DNA from: Podarcis muralis
Taxonomy: Eukaryota
NCBI RefSeq assembly: GCF_964188315.1
Contig: NC_135655.1
Location: 53,878,001 to 53,942,000 of the forward strand
Length of the DNA stretch: 64,000 bases
Direction of reading: 5' to 3'
Part shown: positions 24,618 to 33,249 of the stretch, one piece after another
Position numbering within the stretch: position 1 is the first letter of the stretch
How the letters are laid out: each line of letters begins with the position of its first letter
Made by a program: the position numbers and the translations under genes
The notes under the pieces: generated by a model
Told to the model about the DNA's origin: nothing
Seen by the model: the letters and a program-made list of their open reading frames with translations, nothing else
The model's database searches: none

Positions 24618-25330
24618 TACTTAATTATCCTAAGAGTGAATTTCACAGGATGTTTAGAAAGCAACGTGGAGTTTCTTCTGTTATATTTGATTGGATGTCT
24701 GTATACTACTAAGAAATTGACTACATTGTCAGGGCATTGATAGATTCTTAATGCAGAAATTCTTTCCCAAGAATTTCCAGTTTGTGAGGCAGAGATTTGT
24801 TGGTACCGTTTTTAGTCTACAGCCGAATGAAAAGCTGGGGGGGGGGGGGCGGGAGGAGAACAAAAAACCTGTGCCTTTTCTTGTCAAGTGTTGTCATCTA
24901 TGCTCCCAGTTCACCTACTCTAAGCAACACTAGTCCAGGTGCCACCTTTCCAATCTGAGGTATGGATGAGTACCCCAGGTATAAGAGAATTGGGAAATTC
25001 TGACAAAAATGGAAATGGGAGTGAAAATTGCCATTGTTCGCTTATTCATCCCATGTCTGAAATGGAAATCAATCAAGTGAATGTGATTGATATTTGCAGT
25101 TGTTATTTCTTCCAAATTGGAATTTATTACCCCCCCCAAAAAAAAAATGCATTGTGTTTCATTTGCAGTTAAATGAGTGGGGCAGAATAATGTAATGACA
25201 ACATTATTTACATAATTAACAACCAAAGTTGTGTAATTTCACAGACAGCAGAAAGTGAGAAAAAATAACATAGTTTTGGGTGCAGGGGAATGGAAGCAAT
25301 GCTGCATGCGACATAGCATGGAAGGGAAAC

Positions 25331-25452
25331 TGTTGAATAGTGGGTAGACATGGCAGACGACATGGCGATTTCTCCAAAGCAGCTCTTTATTTTGTAAGCT
25401 GGAACAGAAACTGAACAGCAAACAGCTTAGCCGGCCTGCTTTTATAGGCAGC
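25331..25452 (-). mobile_element. 3' half of an LTR remnant split by the Gypsy insertion
   Basis: Minus strand reads ..GCCTATAAAAGCAGG..AAAATAAAGAGC..CTATTCAACA (TATA box, AATAAA, CA terminus); sequence resumes after the Gypsy TSD at 33250. Confidence 0.55.
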
Positions 25453-25775
25453 TGTCAGGGAACTGCCATCGGAGGAACCGGTGGTGGAAGGGCTCACGCA
25501 GGCTGGGAGAGACTCAGCAGCTGAAGCAGGAACCAGCAGGGGGAGAGGTGGGTCTCTGGTGGAGGGGCTCACGCAGGCTGGGAGAGACTCAGCAGCTGAA
25601 GCAGGAACCAGCAGGGGGAGAGGTGGATCTCTGAGGGAAAGCGAGCAGGAGGGAGGGCTCAGGGACACGTCCAGCGAGAACAGTGGGGAGGTATCTGAAG
25701 CTCCCATAGGGAGACCCACTCCTCGCCGGAAACTGTCACGCCGTGAGTCCAGAAGACGTGTTTCCGTTAAGGAGC

Positions 25776-25817
25776 TTTTATGCTGGAAACGATTCCGAAA
25801 GCAACCACTGTCGGAAT
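25776..25817 (+). promoter_or_regulatory. Predicted LTR promoter: TATA-like TTTTAT and TSS at 25807
   Basis: TSS inferred from the 11-mer ACTGTCGGAAT that is complementary to the PBS; TTTTAT lies at -31 to -26. Confidence 0.55.
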
Positions 25818-25902
25818 CTGCAAGTGACTAGAGCAGCCATGTCTGAGGGGCTCTGTCACAGACAGAAGTTTGTGGGCTTGAACAAACTCTGAGGGACTAC
25901 GA

Positions 25903-28152
25903 CACTTGTGAGGGACTCACAAGACACTGGATAAAGTTTATTCGAATGTAAATCACGGCTATAGGGCTTTACAGCTGCCACACTTGGGCCAGTCCGACCA
26001 TATGTCTCTGTTCCTGGTACCAGCATATATCCCACTCAGGAAACGGGCTCCCACAATATTAAAATCTGTTAAAATCTGGCCTGAAGGTGCTATTCACCAG
26101 CTGCAGGACTGTTTTGAGAGAACCAATTGGGATATTTTCAATCGTTCAGACCTGGAGGAGCACACGGCGGCAGTTCTGTGCTATATCAATCACTGCACAG
26201 ACACTGTCACAGTAAATAAATCCATCCGGTTTTACCCCAATCAGAAACCCTGGATGAATAGAGAGGTCCAGTGCCTGTTGCGGGAAAGGAACAGGGCTTT
26301 CAGGTCAGGCGAGGTGCAGCTTTACAGTGTGGCAAGAGCAAACTTGAAGAGGGGTATTCGACGGGCAAAACTGGATTATAGGCTGAGGATTGAGGATAAT
26401 TTAAGGAGCAACAACACAAGACAGATGTGGCAGGGGATTCAGCATATTACCAACTACAAACCTAACCTTGGTGCTGTCGACGGTGACCCTTTGCTGGCGG
26501 AGGAGCTTAACCTCTTCTTTGCTCGCTTCGAGAAGGAGCCACCTGAGACGCCGGTATTACAGCCACCAGCCCATAGGGGCCCCTCATTCACGGTAGAGGA
26601 GCATGAGGTGAGACAGGTATTGAGGATGGCGAATCCGAGGAAGGCGGCTGGACCTGATGGCATCACTGGAAAGGTGTTGAAGGGCTGTGCGGATCAGCTG
26701 GCGAGGGTCTTTACTAAGATCTTCAACAAGTCCTTACACCAGTCTATTGTCCCACCCTGCCTGAAGTCGTCAACTATTGTCCCTCTGCCTAAAAAATCCA
26801 CAATCAGTAGTTTGAATGACTACAGACCAGTTGCACTGACTCCAATCATCATGAAGTGTTTTGAGAAACTGGTGCGCCGTCACATTATTTCCTGTCTTCC
26901 ATCAACTTTTGACAACTACCAGTTTGCATACAGGGCAAATAGATCCACAGAAGACGCTATCACCACCACTCTCCATGCTGCTCTGTCCCATCTGGAGCAG
27001 CCGGGGAGTTATGTGAGGCTGCTGTTTGTGGATTTTAGCTCTGCTTTTAACACTATCCTCCCCCATAGACTGGTGTCCAAGCTAGAGGCGATTGGACTCT
27101 CCAACTCCACCTGTCTCTGGGTTTTGGATTTTTTGTCAGAACGTTCTCAGAGGGTTAGAGTAGGGTCACATATGTCCACAGCCCTTAGCCTTAACACCGG
27201 CTCACCACAGGGTTGTGTGTTGAGTCCCCTGCTCTATGCTCTCTATACGTATGACTGTACAGCCATCTATTCCAGCAACAAAATCATCAAGTTTGCTGAT
27301 GACACTACGGTGGTAGGGCTCATTTCAGGAGGGGATGAGTCCGCCTATCGGGACGAGGTGGAGCGGCTCTGTGTTTGGTGTGGAGAGAACAATCTGGCTC
27401 TTAATACGGCTAAGACCAAGGAATTGGTGGTGGATTACAGGGGGGAAAAGGCGGACATTCAGCCCTTGTATATCAATGGGGAACGGGTGGAGAGGGTGGC
27501 GGAATTCAGGTTTTTGGGAGTAACTATCGATCAGGGCATGACTTGGAGCGCAAATACCACTGCTCTGGTGAAGAAGGCCCAGCAGAGAATTTATTTCCTC
27601 AGACTTTTAAAGAAGAACAATCTGAGTGAGAGACTGCTGGTGTCCTTCTACCGAGGCTCCATAGAGAGCATTCTTACATACTGTATTTGTGCTTGGTTCT
27701 CCAGTTGTACAGCTAGGGAGAGGAAGGTGCTCCAGAAGGTCATAACCACAGCCCAAAGGATTATTGGTCATCCTCTCCCATCTTTGGAAGAACTGTACGG
27801 TTCCCGTTGTCTTAGGAAAGCAAACAACATCCTGCAGGATTCATCTCACCCGGGACACAGTCTGTTTGCACTACTGCCTTCTGGCAGGAGATATAGAAAC
27901 ATCAAGTCAAGGACAAATAGACTGAAAAACAGTTTCTATCCAAGAGCTGTGGCCTTTTTGAATGCTGTAACTCGATAGTGTGACCTGGGAGTTTGATGGG
28001 TGTTGGTGTGGGTGTGGCTGGAATGTGGTTTGTTTGGTTGTTGTTGTTGTTTTGTTTTTGTTGTTTTTAAGGGATGGCATCCAATTTCGTTGCACTTGTG
28101 CAATGTTGCACTTGTGTAATGACAATAAAGAATCTAATCTAATCTAATCTAA
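25903..28152 (+). mobile_element. 5'-truncated Rex1/Babar non-LTR retrotransposon
   Basis: Exactly the sequence absent from the 3' LTR (GGACTACGA|TTTTACGC); 3' UTR stem-loop, AATAAA at 28124-28129 and (AATCT)n tail; no TSD beyond one shared A. Confidence 0.93.
25912..27978 (+). CDS. Rex1/Babar ORF: C-terminal end of the AP endonuclease plus intact reverse transcriptase (first in-frame ATG at 26002)
   Basis: KTLDKVYSN..PHLGQSDH (APE C-terminus), KAAGPDG, NDYRPVALT, FVDFSSAFNTI, PQGCVLSPLL, FADD; no stops over about 688 codons. Confidence 0.9.
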   Translation, partial: GTHKTLDKVYSNVNHGYRALQLPHLGQSDHMSLFLVPAYIPLRKRAPTILKSVKIWPEGAIHQLQDCFERTNWDIFNRSDLEEHTAAVLCYINHCTDTVTVNKSIRFYPNQKPWMNREVQCLLRERNRAFRSGEVQLYSVARANLKRGIRRAKLDYRLRIEDNLRSNNTRQMWQGIQHITNYKPNLGAVDGDPLLAEELNLFFARFEKEPPETPVLQPPAHRGPSFTVEEHEVRQVLRMANPRKAAGPDGITGKVLKGCADQLARVFTKIFNKSLHQSIVPPCLKSSTIVPLPKKSTISSLNDYRPVALTPIIMKCFEKLVRRHIISCLPSTFDNYQFAYRANRSTEDAITTTLHAALSHLEQPGSYVRLLFVDFSSAFNTILPHRLVSKLEAIGLSNSTCLWVLDFLSERSQRVRVGSHMSTALSLNTGSPQGCVLSPLLYALYTYDCTAIYSSNKIIKFADDTTVVGLISGGDESAYRDEVERLCVWCGENNLALNTAKTKELVVDYRGEKADIQPLYINGERVERVAEFRFLGVTIDQGMTWSANTTALVKKAQQRIYFLRLLKKNNLSERLLVSFYRGSIESILTYCICAWFSSCTARERKVLQKVITTAQRIIGHPLPSLEELYGSRCLRKANNILQDSSHPGHSLFALLPSGRRYRNIKSRTNRLKNSFYPRAVAFLNAVTR

Positions 28153-28187
28153 TTTTACGCACAAGCAGCTCATCATCCCATCACAGC

Positions 28188-28198
28188 ATTCCGACAGT
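28188..28198 (+). promoter_or_regulatory. Self-priming-type primer binding site
   Basis: ATTCCGACAGT, 2 nt after the LTR, is the exact reverse complement of 25807-25817; no TGG tRNA-type PBS. Confidence 0.85.
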
Positions 28199-28230
28199 CT
28201 TTGTAAGCTGTTTGTGCAGGAGAAGGCATC

Positions 28231-29240
28231 ATGAGCGAACCAGCCGGAACCGGGCAAGCAGGAGTTGGAGCAGGGCCAAGCCTGGAGGAAAGCTACCAGG
28301 CGTTGGAGATCCAGCTAGCGCTGCAGACGGCAAGGCTTGAGGAGAGAAGGGCTCAGGATGCAGACAAAAGGGGAAAAGCCACCCAGTTCCCCAGAAAGGT
28401 ACCAGGATTGGTGCAGAAGTTTGGGGGGGACCCCAAGGACTACCATGCCTTTAGAACAGAGATGCAATATGCCCTCAATCTGCAGTTTGATGAATTCCCT
28501 GACGAGGAATCGCGAGTGGCTTTCGTGATTGGGCATCTTGAAAAGGGAGCGCGGGATTGGGTGAGACCCATGATGGCAACGAATAGTGCCGTCCTAAAGG
28601 ACACAATGAAGTTCTTTCGTGCCATGGATCTGATGTTTTCCAGCGATATTGAGCAGGGAGTGGTGCGCAGGCAGCTAATGGCTTGCAAACAGGGGAGCCG
28701 ATCTGTCCGTGAGTACTGGACTGAGTTCACCATGCTGGTTCACAGATTGGGATGGGACTTATCGGCGGAACCCATTCAGATGCTATTTGAAGAAGGTCTG
28801 GCTTCGGTTGTGAAAGATGAACTGGCCCGGGGTCCCAGGGCGGATTCTATGGATCAGCTGAGCAAATCTGCGCTGACCATAGGAGCGCGCCAGGAGGCGA
28901 GAGCTTTGGAGAGGCGGGAAGGGAAGGGGGAACGTTGGAAGGAGTTCCACATTCCAGACATTCCAGAGACAACTTTCCCGCCGGCAGAGCCGATGGAAAT
29001 CGGAACAGCGCGCGCGCAGTTTCAAAGCCCAGTGAAGGGGGAAAGAAGGAGGGAAAAGGCGCCCGGAAATGCTATCTCTGCCAACAGCCAGGTCACTTTG
29101 CCAGAGTCTGCCCCCAGAGGAAGGAATGGCAAGGGATGGTGGGAGCTGTTGAGGGTAGAGAGGAGGAAAAACCGGAGCAAGTAAAAGCCAACGCCTGGTT
29201 GCCACCGTCGGGGCACAGCAGCCAGGCCAAAGAGCAGTGA
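28231..29240 (+). pseudogene. gag: Gag (Sushi/PEG10-like capsid plus CCHC zinc knuckle), split by a frameshift at the (GC)5 run 29008-29017
   Basis: PRKVPGLVQKFGGDP..F..E..RVAFVIGHL..ARDW; L.QG..SV.EY..EF; PEPMEIG; CYLCQQPGHFARVC lies in the next frame. Confidence 0.88.
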
Positions 29241-32200
29241 AAGTGCCCACGCCGGAACCTCCTAAACCTGCCCTAGTGATTGAAGTGTCGCTAGAGCTGC
29301 AAAATGGATACCCCCTAAAGATAAAGGCGCTGTTGGACTCAGGCAGCTCCTGCAATTTCATAAGCAAGGAGTTTGCAGCTGAACACCAGATACAGACTAT
29401 CCCTTTAAGCAACCCCCTGCAGGTGACCACGATCGATGGCAGGGAGTTGTTGGGAGGAGAAGTCAGCTTGCAGACAGTCCCAATGATAATGAAGGTGGCA
29501 AGGCACACCGAACTGATAGCTTTTAATGTGGCCACCTTGGGAGGAGCCCCTATTATTTTGGGGATGAGCTGGCTAGCATTACATGATCCGCTGGTGGGCT
29601 GGCATCAGAGAGTGGTTTCCTTTAGTTCAGCACATTGCTTAGAACACTGCAAAGGGGGGAAGGGTTCAGCAGGGGCCCAAGCCACCCTAGCAGGGACGGA
29701 AGTAATGGAGAAAGTGAAGGTACCACGACAATACGCAGATCTCAGCGACGTGTTCAGCGAGAAGGAAGCTGACCAACTACCCCCGCATAGACCCTTTGAC
29801 TGTCAAATCAATTTACTCCCTGGGGCACAGCTTCCTGTAGGCAAGTTGTACGCCATGTCAGACAGAGAAATGCAGGAGCTAAGGGAGTTAATTGACAAGA
29901 ACCTGAAGAGAGGTTTCATCAGAGAGTCCAGAGCGGTGGGAGGTAGCCCAGTGTTTTTTGTGGATAAAAAAAACACGGACAAGCCGAGACTTGTGTGTGA
30001 CTTCAGGGGATTAAACGCAGTGTCAGAACCAGTGGCCTTCCCAATGCCCAGGATTGACGACATTTTGACCAGGGTGCGGAAGGGAAAGATTTTTACAAAG
30101 CTGGACCTAAGGGGGGCGTACAACCTGATACGTATAAGGAAAGGGGATGAATGGAAAACCACCATGTTCACCCCTTTGGGGGCATTTGAATATTTAGTTA
30201 TGCCATTTGGATTACAAGCAGGGTCGGCGTGCTTCCAAGCTTTTATGAACCACGTACTGGGGCCTTTGCTTTACAAGAATTGTGTGGCCTTCCTAGATGA
30301 CGTGTTGGTGTATTCTGAGAATGAGGAGCAGCATGTGAGAGACGTCAGAGAAGTGTTGAGCAGGCTGCAGGCCAACCGGCTGTGGGTGAAACTGGAGAAG
30401 TGTCAGTTTCATGCCAAGGAGGTGGAGTTCCTGGGGTACCGCCTGTCAGACAAGGGATTGGCCATGGATCCCGGCAAGGTCCAGGCAGTGCTGGAATGGA
30501 AAACACCCAAAACAAAGAAGGATGTGCAGAGGTTCCTAGGGTTTGGGAACTTTTATCGTAAGTTCATCTGAAACTTTGCCCACCTGACGGCGCCCATTAC
30601 GGACTGTCTCAGCAGTAAGAAGAAATTCGTTTGGACTGAGGAGGCGGAGCGAGCTTTTGAGGAACTGAAAAGGGCCTTCGCCTTGGAAGAACAACTTCTG
30701 CATGTGGACTTACAAAAAAAAGATGAGGGTCGAAACAGACGCATCAGACAGAGCCATAGGGGCGGTGCTTCTTCTGCAGCCGGGGAAGGAGGAGTCAGAG
30801 TGGAGACCGTGTGCCTTTTTTTCGCGAAAACTGAACAAATCCGAGAGGAATTACACGGTGTATGACCGAGAACTTCTTGCTATTCATGAGGCTTTCCGGA
30901 GATGGAGGCACCTGCTAATTGGCGCACAACATAAGGTGCAAGTGTGCACTGACCACAAGAACCTAGAGTATTGGAGAACGGCACGAGTGCTCAACCAACG
31001 GCAGTTGAGATGGGCCCAGGAGTTCTCCAAATTTAACTTTGAGATTTGTTACGTGCCAGGCCCAGAGAACGTTAGGGCGGACGCTCTCTCACGCAAACCT
31101 GAATATTTGGAGGGGGAGGGAGCACCCGAAGAAAGACATGTCATTCCAGAGGACCGCTGGGTGTGTGGGGCGGCATTGGTGGGGCAAAGAGAACTGGTAG
31201 AGGAAACAGAGAATGATGAATACGCCCAGGACAAACTTAGGGGTCTCAGGAGGGAGGGAGATAATCCCGGAGGTTTTGAGGAGAAAAACGGGGCGTTGTA
31301 TTACAAGGGAGCGTTATATATACCTGAAGGTGATTTGAGAGAGAAGGTACTCAAGCAGCTGCACAATAGCCCCACAGCAGGGCATTTTGGGCAACACAAA
31401 ACCATGTGGCTGGTTACCAGGGAATTTTGGTGGCCCAAGGTCAGGGAAGATGTGCGGGAGTATGTGAGAGGGTGTGACCAATGCCAGCGAGCCAAAGGGG
31501 AGAGGCGGGCGTCGGCAGGGTTATTAGAACCGCTACCCACACCTGAAAGACCATGGGAAGCAGTGGCAATAGATTTTATGACTGATCTGCCAAAGTCCAG
31601 AGGGAAAACAGCCATCATGGTTGTGGTAGACCTGTTAACCAAAATGGCCCACTTTATAGCCTGCTCACATGCTGTCACGGCAGAAGAAACAGCTAAATTG
31701 TTTGTAGAAAATGTGTTTAGGTTGCATGGCGCCCCCTTGAGGGTGGTTTCAGACCGAGGGAAACAATTTACTTCCAGGTTCTGGAGGAAGCTCATGAGCT
31801 TACTGCATGTAGAGGTCAATTTTTCGACTGCCCGGCATCCTGAAACCAACGGGCAGGCAGAAAGAGCCAATGGCATCCTCCAGCAATATTTGAGGTGTTA
31901 TGTCAATGACAGAGAGAATGATTGGGTGGAGAAGCTGGCGTTGGCGGAATTTGCCTACAACAATGCGGAGAACGTGTCCACGGGGATGAGCCCCTTTTTG
32001 GCTAATTACGGGTGCCATCCCAGGGCTTTCCCAGGAGGGGAGGGGGAGAGATGGAGCGTTCCAGCTGCCGAACAGTTCGTAGAAGAAATGGAAGCGATCC
32101 ATCGCCAGCTCCAACTAAATTTAGACAGGGCCAAGGAGGAATATAAGAGGCAGGCAGACAAAAACAGAAGAGAAGGTGAAACCATTAGGGTGGGGGACCA

Positions 32201-33140
32201 GGTGTGGCTGTCAACCAAAGGGTTACCCTTCAAAGGGGGTTGTAAGAAGTTAAGACCCAAAAGACTGGGCCCATTTGAAGTCACGCAACAGGTCAACCCA
32301 GTGGCTTTCAGACTCCGGTTACCGAACCACATGAAGCTGCACCCAGTTTTCCACAGGTCGTTGCTGTCATCGTATAAAGGGGACAGAGAAGGGAGGGTCA
32401 CTCGGGGACCAGCAATGGAGGAAAGGGAACAAAGCTACCATGTAGCAGAGATCCTCGATTCCAGGTGGAAGGGAGATCAAGTAGAGTATTTGGTAATGTG
32501 GGAAGGGGAACCGGAGTCGGAAAACACCTGGGTCATGGCAGAGGATGTCAATGACGAGGTTTTAATAGAAACTTTTCATCAGAGGTTCCCACGTAAACCT
32601 CAGCCTGTAGCGAGGTTCCGGAGGGAATACTTTGCCACCACCGACGAAGAGGAGGAGTTGGAGGGGTTCACAGATTCCGAGGAGGAGTCGGAGTCAGCGA
32701 GCCGGAACGGAGACCGATGGAGGGAAATGTTCGAGACGTCTGAAGATGAAGAGGATTCTTTTCAGGGTTTTACCTCCTCACCACCCAGAGGAGAGGGAAC
32801 GGGAGGGGGTGAAGGGGGCCCTGGAGGGGAGGTGGATGTCAGGGAACTTCCATCGGAGGAACCGGTGGTGGAAGGGCTCACGCAGGCTGGGAGAGACTCA
32901 GCAGCTGAAGCAGGAACCAGCAGGGGGAGAGGTGGATCTCTGAGGGAAAGCGAGCAGGAGGGAGGGCTCAGGGACACGTCCAGCGAGAACAGTGGGGAGG
33001 TATCTGAAGCTCCCATAGGGAGACCCACTCCTCGCCGGAAACTGTCACGCCGTGAGTCCAGAAGACGTGTTTCCGTTAAGGAGCTTTTATGCTGGAAACG
33101 ATTCCGAAAGCAACCACTGTCGGAATCTGCAAGTGACTAG
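29159..33140 (+). pseudogene. pol: Pol polyprotein (protease, RT, RNase H, integrase, chromodomain, acidic tail) with one stop and one frameshift
   Basis: LLDSG protease; FTKLDLRGAY..FLDD RT; TDASD RNase H; HNSPTAGH..CDQC, IDF/SDRG/ETNGQAE integrase; GPF; chromodomain at 32436-32591. TGA at 30569 (probably from CGA) and A8 at 30714-30721 disrupt the frame. Confidence 0.93.
32823..32836 (+). promoter_or_regulatory. Polypurine tract
   Basis: GGAGGGGAGGTGGA immediately 5' of the TGTCAGG LTR start. Confidence 0.8.
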
Positions 33141-33244
33141 AGCAGCCATGTCTGAGGGGCTCTGTCACAGACAGAAGTTTGTGGGCTTGAACAAACTCTG
33201 AGGGACTACGATTTTACGCACAAGCAGCTCATCATCCCATCACA
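32837..33244 (+). repeat. 3' LTR (408 bp)
   Basis: TGTCAGG...CCCATCACA, followed by the TSD GCAGC. Confidence 0.96.
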
Positions 33245-33249
33245 GCAGC

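Larger units (their letters stand above)
25453..28185 (+). repeat. 5' LTR (483 bp net), interrupted by Rex1 at 25903-28152
   Basis: Matches the 3' LTR except for one substitution (25465 G vs T), an extra 75-bp unit and the LINE insertion. Confidence 0.95.
25453..33244 (+). mobile_element. Full-length Ty3/Gypsy chromovirus (Tf1/Sushi-like) LTR retrotransposon
   Basis: TG...CA LTRs; 5-bp TSD GCAGC at 25448-25452 and 33245-33249; gag plus PR-RT-RH-IN-chromodomain order; PPT before the 3' LTR. Confidence 0.96.

Noticed and set aside
25482-25631. Direct repeats that might be taken for a CRISPR array
   Set aside because: Two abutting 75-bp units with no spacers, inside a eukaryotic LTR; no cas genes.
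28186-28205. Conventional tRNA primer binding site
   Set aside because: No TGG complement of a tRNA CCA end; the sequence is fully explained by intramolecular pairing with the LTR.
28783-29535. 250-aa minus-strand ORF (also 31301-31876, 29803-30171 and 32006-32401)
   Set aside because: Antisense shadows of GC-rich gag/pol coding sequence with no recognisable motifs.
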